In this document: piece after piece, positions 1 to 11,197 of the stretch
Layout: each line of letters begins with the position of its first letter
Position numbering within the stretch: the first letter of the stretch is position 1
Source of the DNA: Squalus acanthias
Lineage: Eukaryota
Assembly: GCA_030390025.1 (NCBI GenBank)
Contig: CM059434.1
Span: 122,512,001-122,576,000 of the forward strand
Direction of reading: 5' to 3'
Length of the DNA: 64,000 bases
The notes under the pieces: model-generated
What the model was told of the DNA's origin: nothing
The model's database searches: none
Seen by the model: the letters and a program-made list of their open reading frames with translations, nothing else
Program-made: the position numbers and the translations under genes

Positions 1-1039
1 TTTCAGGAGACTAATATGCAGATTCTTCTTATTCCTGTCCCTGCGATTGCTTTTTTTTTTCAAAAAGAGGTAGATCAATTTCACAATAGTTTTCCATCTA
101 CCGACTGATATTGCTGCTGATATACCCTTCCAATATTATCTCTGCAGCTCTTATCTCTCTACGTTTCACTCACTGGAGGCTATCAGTTTTTGTAGTCTTC
201 AATATTTCTTCAGTGGAAAGTCCACATAATTTAAAGAGACCGTTTCATTTGCACAGATAAGAGGTTTGGGATCAATGCAGTCAGAATTTATTTTGCTTTG
301 TATCAAGTTCGTTCCCTGATTATGGTCGGGATTAGTACTGAGATTTTAAATGCACATGTTGACTTGTAATTGGCATAAGAAGTCTGATTTTTTTAAATGC
401 TTACTCTTTCTAACAATACCATACATCACAATGGTTTGTTCCCCTTTTACCTTGGGTCTGGCACATATTTGGAGCAAATAATTTTCTGTGCACATTTCCA
501 TTACTCGAATGTTCTAGTCACAGCATATATTCTAACCACATTGTATTCCTGTTTGATCAATGGTGGTGGGGGGGTCATCTACAACCTAGGTGCTGTAGAT
601 TGCAGGGCAGTCGCACATACAGAATGGTATTAAAGGTGTTTGTACAATGAATTTTTATTTGTTTAGTGCTTCTAATTGCTTTTAGTCAGGGAAAATGAAA
701 ATGAAGTGGAGTACAATGTCAGCAATATTTATCATTGGTTTAAAAATAATAAATCCCCCTTCTCGAACAGTCTGCCCGTAATGGGAGTGACGGGGGAGGT
801 TGTTAGATGCCAAACAGAGATCGGTAATTTGCTCTTAGAGGCAGGAAGAATTGTTAACAAAGTCATCATGGGTCACTTTTGTGATACTCCTCGAGCTGGC
901 TTAAAAAACGTCCAGTGGAGTCCTGGGATCGAGGCTGGCTTGACCTTTCCTCTGGGAGATGCTGCATGCTACAGAAATAGAGGATAGGGAATTGCATATG
1001 CTTTGTGCAGTTTAGTTTTTGAAGTTTAATTGCCCCCCC

Positions 1040-1382
1040 CTCAAATTTTCTTTCCAATTTTTCCCCTTTTTGTCCTACAAGTGGCGACTCATTGTGGGGT
1101 TCAGTTCTATGGTTGGTTGCTGCTCTTTGGTGCCTCATCCAATTAGTTTTCAAGAACGTTTGAGCTATTTGACCCTGGGCTATCGCAGTTGAGCGGAACC
1201 ATTTCCATAGCCATTGTCCACACGCGCACACTCTCACCAGTGGTTGGTGGAGTGGGAGAGTGAGCTCAGGATGACTTACCCCTTCATAGCTGAGGATATA
1301 CCAGGGGTGCATCTGAGGCTTTCTTTGTCTGTGTGGTTCAGTGCCACACCGTGCAATATATCAACCCAATAAGCCATCAGGA
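1040..1382 (-). mobile_element. Old SINE-like repeat, degenerate (same family as 25715-25860 and 29075-29450)
   Basis: Reverse complement reads GGTGTGGCACTGAACCACACAGAC...GTGTGCGCGTGTGGAC...GAACTGAACCCCACAATGAGTC..., collinear by eye with the copy at 29075-29450. Confidence 0.55.
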
Positions 1383-1543
1383 GACATGTACAAATTGATT
1401 TCTTTTAAAGACAATATACAATTATACCTCCATTATCAGCATTCCTGTTATCCACCAGCATGATTATCTGCCAAAATTTTCACAGGACAAAATGCAAGAT
1501 GCCACCTCAGTGCACTGTTCTGTAATTTATACTTCATCTCTCA

Positions 1544-1682
1544 GAATTCCCTCCCTAAACCTCTCCTCTCCGCCTCTCTCTCCTCCTTTAAGACTCTCCT
1601 TAAAACCTACCTCTTTGACCAAGCTTTTGGTCATCTGCCCTAATTTCTCCTTATGTGGCTCGGTGTCAAATTTTGTTTTATA
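1544..1682 (+). mobile_element. L2 LINE 3' end, host copy, left part
   Basis: GAATTCCCTCCCTAAACCTCTCC...AAAACCTACCTCTTTGACCAAGCTTTTGGTCATCTGCCCTAAT; reverse complement of ~1760-1891. Confidence 0.85.
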
Positions 1683-1683
1683 G

Positions 1684-2206
1684 CAACAACAACTTGTATT
1701 TATATAGCGCCTTTAACATAGTAAAACGTCCCAAGGCGCTTCACAGGAGTATTATAAGACAAAAACATTTTTGACACTGAGCCACATAAGGGGAAATTAG
1801 GGCAGATGACCACAAGCTTGGTCAAAGAGGTAGGTTTTAAGGTGCGTCTTAAAGGAGGAGGGAGAGGCGGAGAGGTTTAAGGAGGGAATTCCAGAGTTTA
1901 GGGCCGAGGTAACAGAAGGCACGGCCACCAATGGTTGAGCGATTATAATCAGGGATGCTCAAGAGGGCAGAATTAGAGGAGGGCAGATATCTCTGGGTGT
2001 GGGGTTTGTGGGGCTGGAGGAGATTACAGGGATAGGGAAGGGCGAGGCCATGGAGGGATTTGAAAAGGATGAGAATTTTGAAATCAAGGCGTTGCTTAAC
2101 CGGGAGCCAGTGTAGGTCAGCGAGCACAGGGGTGATGGGTGAACGGGACTTGGTGCGAGTTAGGACACGGGCAGCCGAGTTTTGGATCACCTCAAGTTTA
2201 CGTAGA
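1684..2206 (-). mobile_element. L2 LINE 3' fragment (ORF2 C-terminus plus 3' UTR) inserted antisense into another L2
   Basis: ORF 1849-2190 IQNSAARVLTRTK...ITPVLADLHWLPVKQRLDFKIL...GGRAF...PKLWNSL is the typical L2 ORF2 C-terminus; (TTG)n tail at the 1684 end. Confidence 0.92.
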
Positions 2207-2212
2207 GTAAAA

Positions 2213-2278
2213 CCTGTGAAGCGCCTTGGGACGTTTTACTACGTTAAAGGCACTATATAAATGCAAGTTGTTGTTGTT
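2213..2278 (+). mobile_element. L2 3' terminal tail, host copy, right part
   Basis: CCTGTGAAGCGCCTTGGGACGTTTTACTACGTTAAAGGCACTATATAAATGCAAGTTGTTGTTG continues 1544-1682; reverse complement of ~1684-1746. Confidence 0.85.
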
Positions 2279-4426
2279 ATTCTTGGTGAATAAAGTTACA
2301 TGATTCTTCTGTAATCTATATTTCACTTGCCTTCACTCCCATGCCTTACCATACATGTAAGACCAGATTTGAGGATTCTCAATTCTCCACCAATTTCCAT
2401 TTCCATCTGGGGACATAGACAGAAGCTGACTTTTTGGAGCTGTTATCCTTCAGATCTATCGATCCCTCTGTCCAAACGCATTTCCACCCATAATAATGGC
2501 ACCGCATCACCCTCCGGTTACAGAGCCTTATACGCGAGTTTCCTGCAATTGTATTTGATCAAAGGCTCTCTTCAAGTTACGACTGGCAGGAAACAGTCAT
2601 TTTTCTGGTGTTTTATTGCAATTTTTTGAGCATTTAAAAAAAAAAAATTACCCTCAATGAGACCTGCACTGTATTTTCTGTTTCTTTGACTGGATTTTTA
2701 TGGCTTTAAGTGCAAGTCTTATTAAAAGTTGAAAAGCTTCTGCGATTGCAGGTTCTTAAACATGCTGTTCCTAATATGCATGAATAATGGTTGAATGAGT
2801 TGAAATTTAAATTTCTTCCTGAAGTATGAAAATTTATCTTGAGTTTGACGCTTTCCTTGGGCCCTGACTGCTTAGACTGATTTACACCCATTTTATGTTC
2901 GGGCATATTCTAATGAGATTTGCACAGAACTTCCGCCTAACTTGACATTGGCAGAATGGGCATGGGAATTGACGCATTTTCAGGTTTAACTTCCAGGTTG
3001 CGTCCATGTAGGAAATTCCAGGCCCATGTCTCAAGAAATTTTCCTCCTTGGGGTCTCAGGTTTGCACTTGGAATCCTAAAGAGTAAATCTTTTTCATTCA
3101 TCTCTCACCAGTTTTATGATATTCTGATAGATAATTCTTCTCAAATATAATTTGTAAAAGTTTATCTTTAAAGTTACAGTGAGCAAAAGTTCATTCAACA
3201 CATTCCACCAACTTTAATACATTTGTGTGAAATTATAAATACTGAATTATACCCCTCTAAAGCAACGGTTCAGTCCTATTGTTCAAATGAGTACTGTCCA
3301 AACTTGGTATATTTTAAACCAAATATTGAAAGTTAACATAGCCCCTGTTGAAGACAAACAAATGTCTTCTTTGAAGTAGAGTAGCCAGTGTACAGTCTAC
3401 AGTGAACCTGTTCTCCGTTATCGTTAAAATTTTATTAGTTAAAAGTTAACTTATGTAATTTGGGAATATCAAAATGCCAAACCTGCCATTTAAAATCCTC
3501 TTATTTTCTTCATTTTGGGGGTGGGGAAGAAGAAACTATATTCTTCATTTTGGTTAAATATTAACCCTGTCTTGAATATGACCAACTTTCTCTCCCCGAA
3601 CCCCGGCCAGTATTTTGTGTTTCAAGATACAACACAATTGATATTCAGTTAATGCTAGTTGAAGAGTAAAATAACTGGGACTTTTTGATTTTGTTTATCA
3701 ATGTTTGGAGCACTAGTAAACTTCAGCAGGTGCCAAAGTCTCTAACCAAGTATGGTACATGTCTGCGTGATGATTTGTTTACAGGAGCATTTGCTCAGCA
3801 GCCAATTCATTCCCTATAGCTTCTACAGTGTTTGCTTAATATAACTGATTGGATAAAAGAGTGTTTGCTCATCACAAGTGTGTTGCCATTAAGAGGCTAC
3901 AACTGTATTTTGTCATTCTGGCCATCTGCCTAGCTGAAACCATTCACCCAGCAGTTATTTCACTGGCGTTTTGGGGTAATATTCTGCCTTCCCCTTGGCT
4001 TCAATACATATCTAAAAGTAAGTTTATCAAGGCATTTTTATCGGGGTAAGTTCATTGCAGTGTGAACGGGTTCTATAAAATTTAGAAGGTTTTGGTAGCA
4101 GCAGAATAATATTTGTGCTTGTCAATAATGAATATTAGCTGAAACTTGCTTTCCAACGCAAAAGTTACATTTCTACTGAATGTACTTTGTCCTCAAATAC
4201 ATTCTTTCTGGTGTTTGCAGAGCCCAAACACAGCATTTCACACAAGGGATGTGGATCTTGAGAATAGCATACTGTGGCAATGTGTATAATGTGTGGCAAT
4301 GACAATCGCCTTTATACTGTTCCAAGACTTTTAATAGTTTGCCCTTACTGCAGGGTCTCTGTAGAACAATGAGCTATCTGTGCATAATAACTGTTAACAA
4401 AAGAGGCGGCTTTATCAGTACTATAA

Positions 4427-4520
4427 TAGCAACTTGCATTTATACAGTGCTAAGATGCTTCACAATAGCATGAGGAAAACGGATGCCTAGCCGAGGAAAG
4501 AGATTAGGTGCAGTGACGAC
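4427..4520 (-). mobile_element. Degenerate L2 3' tail
   Basis: AGCAACTTGCATTTATACAGTGC...GCTTCACA resembles the L2 tail starting at 1684. Confidence 0.45.
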
Positions 4521-5914
4521 TGATAACTATTTAGTGTAAAGCAAATGCTGGAGACTATGCAGAATCAGTTACCAAAAAATAGTGAGGCAAAATATTTACT
4601 ATTGATTAGGATTTAGATTCCTCTGGCTGTACATTGGTTAGCATGATCTCAGAAAAAATTACTATGTGCGCTATTTTAACGCTGTCCAATAAACGGGTTA
4701 AGGGATGTTACAGTAAATACACAAATTAAATTAATGTGAATGCATTAACCAGTTTACGACCAGAGGAAACTAACATTCCTTATTGCTAAATTGTGGCTTT
4801 TACGTAGAGAAGAAAATCCATCTCCAAAATATGGACCTTTTGAAAAGCACAAGAACACCGATTGAATTAGAACTGTTGGAAAGGACTATTCTGATAAGGT
4901 GTTAGGGTGATGGCAGAGGTTCGCATTTATATTTCACAAAAAGAACTCAAATACTACATCCTCTATAGAAAAAAATAAAATGAGAGATGTGCTGGACAGC
5001 AGAGCGCCTTTCCCACAGCTAGATGGTCATCGGCCTGAATCCCAGGACTTCCAGGCACTCAACTTCACCTGGACTGTTAGAGTATATTGCTATCATGGCG
5101 AAAAGCTCACACTGTTAATGCAATTATATTTGCTACCAGCTTAAAAATGATGGTTATGCACTAACCTGTGACTGACAGTTTTACCTCCTTGTACAGTATG
5201 CAGTGAACAGCAACTCCAATAGGAGAATCTAAATGGAAGCAGAATAGGATTTTTTTTTTCTTTTGTACAGCCAGTCAATGAATATTTGTGTAAACACTAA
5301 TTAATTTCCTCTACCTTTCATAGTGTTTGCGTTTATAGATTTGGGACAGTTTGCACATTATTGGTCTGTGCATTTCCCAAAAGCAAATGGGAATCTTGAA
5401 GTAATTTACCTTTGTTTGTGATAAAGTCCCAGGAAAGCAACACTGAACTGGATACCAGTGACATCTGGACGCCATGGTCTCTGTGATTTATATTCTGACC
5501 TGTTGCTGCTCTTGAGGTAGACCCGTTCTTAAAATGGAGACTCTCTCGCTGCACATGCATGAATGGTGGAGCATGATGTATTGATTTTTGTTGGCAACTG
5601 AATGGACATGTTTCCATCACATGTTTGAGTCTCAATCAAATCGCATGAGAAATCTGCATGCGCCTGTAGGCTTTATGTTTTCCCGATATGGAGTGCACGT
5701 TCTATTTCCGCAGAGACACATAATGCACAAATCCCCTGTTCCGAGAAAATAAAATATAAAAAGGGTGCAACTAATCAGTAAAATAACACAATTTGTCCTT
5801 TTATGAATTGCCTTCTATTTAATAACAACCAACCTATGTCCACACAAAGCCAATTCTTTGCGTCTATGTCAAGTGGCTACCTGTTAACAATTCAGGCTTT
5901 CTCCCAGCACTCTT

Positions 5915-5992
5915 TTTATCTAAGCTCACAGCAACAGGAAATTTCCATAGGCAGAGCAATGGAAATTGCCTGTTGCTGTGAGCACGGATAAA
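5915..5992. other. Isolated near-perfect hairpin with pre-miRNA-like geometry
   Basis: GCTCACAGCAACAGGAAATTTCCAT (5924-5948) pairs with ATGGAAATTGCCTGTTGCTGTGAGC (5959-5983), 1 mismatch, 10-nt loop; basal TTTATC/GATAAA extension. The structure is seen; the function is unknown. Confidence 0.6.
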
Positions 5993-6339
5993 CATTGAAT
6001 CAAAACTTATAAACCTTGCGCATGAAGTGAATGGGTTTATGTACTGCAGGAATAGCAATTGCTTTTTTCCTGAGTTATTTTGTACTGGAAGAAATATGGG
6101 TTTCCCACTATACTCTTCTGATAGATGGAAAAAAACACCATTCTGTCAGGCCATTTACTTCAGGGTAAAGCTATAAATCGAGTTTATTACAACAAGGAAG
6201 TTCACACAGAAGCAACCTGAAAACGACACAGCTTGTTCCGTGACTAGAAAATAGTGTAATGTGGTGTGCCCCTCATACTCGAAGATGATGGTGCCAGCAA
6301 AGAAGGCAGCATAAATTCATGGTAGATGAGTGTGTTGAT

Positions 6340-7475
6340 GATTATGCAGGCCAATAAGTGACAGGCATTATCTACCACAAGCCTCACATAACCACATTCT
6401 TGGACATTCTTCTGTTGATCTCTCTGATGTTGCCATTCCTTTATCTCTCCCATCTTGCCCCCACACTGACATGGCATTGCAGCTCAAAGCCCTTTAATCC
6501 TTCTCTCACTTCAGCATGCCATTGCCGTCCGCTGGCGGTCATGGTTTCCCAAGAGTCAGTGGCCACGTTGCACTGCTTCAAGTGAATCTTCAGTGTATTT
6601 TTGTAGCACCTTTGTTGTCCACCCTGCTTTCTTATGTCATCCACCAGTTCTCCATAAAGCACCTTCTTTGGTAACTATGCATCATCTGTCCGAACAGCAA
6701 TTCCAGCCAATAGAGCTGAGCATTGACTATTATAGCCTCATAGTACTGGTGCTGTCAGTGTTCCTGTACTTTGTTGTTATTGATCTTGTCCTGCCATCTA
6801 ATACAGAGGTGCGAAGGTGTCTTTGGTGAAACCATTCCAGCTGTTGAGGATGTCTTCCATAGATTGTACATGTTTTGCATCCATACAGGAGATTGGTAAG
6901 GACAACTGCCTTATAAACCTTCAGTTAATATCATGCTGATTCCAACACACTTGGATAGTCTACCAAAGGCCAAGTTTCCGAGCCATCACTTCCTTATCAG
7001 GCGTTGCATCATTAGAGAATGCATTCCCAAGATAGGTGAACTCCTTGACTGCATTCAATTCAGTTTCGCCAATAGTGATGGATGGTCAAGCATGTGGCTT
7101 CTCAGAAGCTGGTTGATGCATTACTTCAGTCTTCAGAGTAATAGTAAGCCTGTAGCTATTAGCGGAAGCTGCAGATCTATCCATCATCAGCAGAAGGTCC
7201 TCTTCGGAATGTGCCACAAGGCGCAGTCATCAGCACTCAAAAGTTCTTGTATCATTTGTTTGGAGACTTTAGTCGATGCTCGCAGTCTTGATAGATTGAA
7301 CAATTTTCCCATTGTGCAGATTCGTATCCCAACTCCTACCGGAAGGTCCCTCATAGCGTCATCCAGCATAGTCGCATAGAGTGCAAATAGAGCAGGGCCC
7401 AGTACACATCCTTCCTTCACACCATTCGAAACAGGGGATGGTTCAGACAGAGTATCAACCAGAAAGCATTCTCGA
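6340..7475 (-). mobile_element. RTE (BovB-like) non-LTR retrotransposon relic, RT and C-terminal region
   Basis: Broken ORFs KEGCVLGPALFALY...GKLFNLSRLRASTKV...ELLSADDCAL (7187-7420) and LYGEL...RKQGGQQRCYKNTLK...WET...RQWHAEVREG (6441-6662) carry RTE-clade signatures. Confidence 0.9.
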
Positions 7476-8289
7476 ATCTTGAGTCCTTTTTGGACTCTTC
7501 AAACTGGGACCTTTAAATCTTTTGGCTTGGATCTGGGACCCTGCACAATTGAGCAGCCTGCCAACACTCACCATGTAGGCTCGTAAATGAAGAATTGCTA
7601 TTTGAGCGAGGTGCTGATAGACTGCCTATGCCACAGCATGAATCTGTACCTTCAGGCAAGGAGGGGAGTAAATGTTTACTTGATGTATTTTTCTGAAACT
7701 GGATCTTGTCACATACTTCACACAAAGTACTAATTATATATCCTCTTACATGGAACTTTACAGCACAGAAACAGGCCATTCGGCCCAGCAGATCTATGCC
7801 GGTGTTTATGCTCCACACGAGCCTCCTCGCACTTTACTTCAGTTCGCCCTATCAGCCTATCCTTCTATTCCTCTCTCCCTCATGTACTTATCTGGCTTCC
7901 CCTTAAGTGCATCTATGCTAATCGCTTCAACCACTCCATGTGATAGCGAGTTCCACATTTTCACCATTCTCTGAGTAAAGAAATTTTTCCTGAATTCCTT
8001 ATTGGATGGATTAGTTACTATCTTATATTCATGGCCCCAAGTTCTGGACGCTCCACAAGTGGAAACATATTCTCTACGTCTACCCTATCAAACCTCTTCA
8101 TAATTTTAAAGGCCTCTATCGGGTCACCTCTTCTCTTTTTTCGAGAGAAAAGAGCCCCAGCCTGTTCAGTCTTTCCTGAGAGTTGTACCCTCAGTTCTGG
8201 TATCATCCCTGTAAATCTTTTTTGCACTTCTCCAGTGCTTCTATATTCTTTTTGTAATATGGAGACCAGAACTGTGCACATAACTCTTA

Positions 8290-8778
8290 ATAGAGTCATA
8301 GAGTTATACAGCACAGAAAGAGGCCCTTCGGCCCATCGTGTCCATGCCAGCCATCAAGCCCTGTCTATTCTAATCCCATTTTCCAGCACTTGGTCCGTAG
8401 CCTTGTATGCTGTGGCATTTCAAGTGCTCATCTAAATGCTTCTTGAATGTTGTGAGGGTTCCTGCCTCTACCACCCTTTCAGGCAGAGAGTTCCAGATTC
8501 CAACCACCCTCTGGGTGAAAAAGTTTTTCCTTAAATCCCCTCTAAACCTCCTGCCCCTTACCTTGAAACTATGTCCCCTGGTTATTGACTCCTCTACTAA
8601 GGGGAAAAGTTCTTTTCTATCTATCCTATCTATGCCCCTCATAATTTTGTACACCTCAATCAGGTCCCCCCTCAGCCTTCTCTGCTCTAAGGAAAACAAC
8701 CCCAGCCTGTCCAGTCTCTCTTCATAGCTGAAACGCTCCAGCCCAGGTAACATCTTGGTGAATCTCCTCTGCACCCTG
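8290..8778 (-). mobile_element. Younger CR1 (HER1-like) 3' fragment nested in CR1
   Basis: ORF 8370-8813 RVQRRFTKMLPGLERFSYEERLDRLGLFSLEQRRLRGDLIEVYKIM...FFTQRVVGIWNSLP; short-repeat tail at ~8290. Confidence 0.93.
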
Positions 8779-8869
8779 TGTGGTCTAACTAAGGTTCTGT
8801 ATAAGATTAACATAACTTCTCTGCTTTTGAATTCTATTCCTCTAGAAATGAACCCCAGGGCTTTAACAA

Positions 8870-9140
8870 CGCAAAGACATAAGAATTAGGAGCAGGAGAA
8901 GACCATACGGCCCCTCGAGCCTGCTCCGCCATTCAATAAGATCATGGCTGATCTTCGACCTCAACTCCACTTTCCTGCCCGATCTCCATATCCCTTGATT
9001 CCTCGAGTCCAAAAATCTATCGATCTCAGCCTCGAATATACTCAACGACTCCGCACCCACAGCCCTTTGGAGTAGAGAATTCCAAAGATTCACAACCCTC
9101 TGAGTGAAGAAATTCCTCCTCATCTCAGTCTTAAAAGGCT
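8870..9140 (-). mobile_element. CR1 3' fragment nested in CR1
   Basis: ORF 8863-9123 MRRNFFTQRVVNLWNSL...; ACATAAGAATTAGGAGCAGG terminus. Confidence 0.92.
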
Positions 9141-9447
9141 GGTTGCACTTTTTATGGCTTTGTTAAATCACTAAAAGTAGCGCCGTAGGTTGTGAATCTG
9201 TACCCTTAGATCTGTATGCTCCTCTACCCCATTTAGTCTCTTATTTTGCAACAAGTAGGTGGCCTCCTTATTCCTCCTACCAAAATGCGTCATATCACGC
9301 TTGCCTAAATTGAAATTCATTTGCCATTTACGTGCCTATTCTACAAGTTTGTTAATGTCTCTTTGTATTTTGTCGCAGTCTTCCTCAGTATTAACTATAC
9401 CCCCCAATATACTCTGACTGGATGTGTGCAATGTAGAAACTGCACTA

Positions 9448-9866
9448 CAGGAAACTTTCGTTTATCCGGCACCCAAATATCCGGAATTCTCGCTTAACCG
9501 GCAAAAATCATCCTCCGAAAACTCCTCTCAAATAACCGGCAATGTTGCCAAGTCGCAGTCGAGTCTCCGCAAACGCCGAGTGCTCCGAAAACTCCTCTCA
9601 AATAACCGGCAATGTTGCCGATCCCGAGTCCAAGTCCGCGAACGCCGATTTAGTCAGTAGGGGTACTTTTCAAAAGTGCCACTACTCTGCCTCCTGGCGC
9701 TGTCGGAAGTCCGAAACACTGCAGTAGCAGGAGTTGATTCTCCCGTGCTGCCTGGAGTCTCTTTGTTAAAAATAGCCTCGGTAGATATAACTCTCCGTTA
9801 TCCGGTACTTTCGATAAACCGGCACCACGCCGGTCCCGTCGATGCCGGATAAACGAAAGTTTCCTG
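9448..9866. mobile_element. Tc1/mariner (pogo/Tigger-like) MITE with 24-bp perfect TIRs and TA TSD
   Basis: TA|CAGGAAACTTTCGTTTATCCGGCA ... TGCCGGATAAACGAAAGTTTCCTG|TA; CpG-rich; internal 70-bp-period duplication. Confidence 0.9.
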
Positions 9867-9925
9867 TATATTGCTGTAATCTTAGAAATCTTTATATTTT
9901 GCCTCATCAAGTAAAAAGAGTCTTT

Positions 9926-10461
9926 CATAAGAACATAAATAGGAGCAGGAGTAGGCCACTTGGCCCCTCGAGCCTGCTCCGCCATTCAATAAGATCATGG
10001 CTGATCTTGGGCTCAAAGCCACTTCCCCGCCCGCTCCCCATAACCCTTCACTCCCTATCTTGCAAAAATCTGTCTATCGCCACCTTAAATGTATTTAATG
10101 ACCCAGCCTCCACGGCTCTCTGGGGCAGAGAATTCCACAGATTTACGACCCTCTGAGAGAAGAAATTCCTCCTCATCTCAGTTCTAAAAGGGCGACCCTT
10201 TATTCTGAAACTATACCCTCGAGTTCCAGATTTCCCCACGAGGGGAAACATCCTCTCTGCATCTACCTTATTGAGCCCCCTCAGTATCTTATATGTTTCA
10301 ATAAGATCACCTCTCATTCTTTGAAATTCCAATGAGTATAGGCCCAAGCTTGCTCAACCTTTCTTCATAAGTCAACCCCCTCATCTCAGGAATCAACCGA
10401 GTGAATCGTCTTTGAACTGCCTCCAATGCAAGTATATCCTTCCTTAAATAAGGAGACCAAA
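9926..10461 (-). mobile_element. CR1 LINE 3' fragment
   Basis: ORF 10048-10347 GLYSLEFQRMRGDLIETYKIL...FFSQRVVNLWNSLPQRAV; CR1 3' UTR. Confidence 0.93.
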
Positions 10462-10612
10462 AGCTTGTAGAACAAAGTTACTACCATTCACTTGCTGGCA
10501 TCAAATCCTGACTGATATGCTGTTAACATTGTTGTTGTTTGTACAATGCAAAACAGTTAAATGAATAATGATTTTGCCAAGTAATTTTATTCACTTAACC
10601 GTTCTAATCTTC

Positions 10613-10877
10613 TAAGGTGATTGGCAAAAGAACCAAAGGTGACATGAGGGAAAACTTTTTCACGCAGTGAGTGGTTAGGATCTGGAATGCACTGCCTGAA
10701 AGGGTGGTGGAGGCAGACTCAATCGTGGCTTTCAAAAGGGAGTTGGATAAGTACCTAAAGGGGGAAAAAAATTGCAGGGCTACGGGGAAAGGGTGGGGGA
10801 GTGGGACTAGCTGAAGTGCTCTTGCAGAGAGCCGGCACAGGCCTAATTGCAGCCTCCTGTACTGTAACCATTCTATC
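10613..10877 (+). mobile_element. CR1 LINE 3' end
   Basis: GACATGAGGGAAAACTTTTTCACGCAGTGAGTGGTTAGGATCTGGAATGCACTGCCTG...; same subfamily as 49357-49602. Confidence 0.88.
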
Positions 10878-10990
10878 TGTTTTAACTGTTGTATCAAGTT
10901 TGGCTTGAAGCTAACAATGGAATGCAAACTGGATTGCAATTGCAGTACTCTTAAAAATGGTCACAGTTGTGGAAAACTGTAAGTGTATTT

Positions 10991-11177
10991 AAGCAAAATA
11001 CTGCAGATGCTGGAAATCTGAAATAAAAACAGAAAATGCTGGAAATACTCAGCAGGTCAGGCAGCATCTGTGGAGAGAGAAACAGAGTTAACGTTTCAGG
11101 TCGATGACCATTCACCAGTTCTCTCTCCACAGATGCTGCCTGACCTGCTGAGTATTTCCAGCATTTTCTGTTTTTAT
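10991..11177. mobile_element. Penelope-derived foldback element (family 1) with degenerate hammerhead core in the loop
   Basis: Perfect 59-bp arms 11023-11081 and 11119-11177; minus-strand loop CTGGTGA-AT-GGTC-ATC-GACC-T-GAAA-CGTT. The Penelope assignment is from recall of the family. Confidence 0.75.
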
Positions 11178-11197
11178 GTCATTTGTTTCATTACAAT

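Larger units (their letters stand above)
7748..9408 (-). mobile_element. Older CR1 LINE split into three pieces (~7748-8288, 8779-8864, 9141-9408) by two younger CR1 insertions
   Basis: CR1 3' UTR at 7750; ORF 8018-8314 VQKRFTGMIPELR...RRGDPIEAFKIMKRFDRVD; the sequence resumes collinearly after each insert. Confidence 0.85.

Noticed and set aside
676-987. 103-aa ORF and other short unassigned ORFs in the track
   Set aside because: No recognisable domain or supported splice structure; lengths are compatible with chance.
2688-3027. Possible old MITE ending GGAAATTCCAGGCCCAT
   Set aside because: Right end resembles the 33459-34080 TIR, but I could not identify a convincing left TIR.
5540-5650. 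EGF-like peptide CTCMNGGA*CID on the + strand
   Set aside because: In-frame stop, wrong cysteine spacing and no splice support; likely coincidence.
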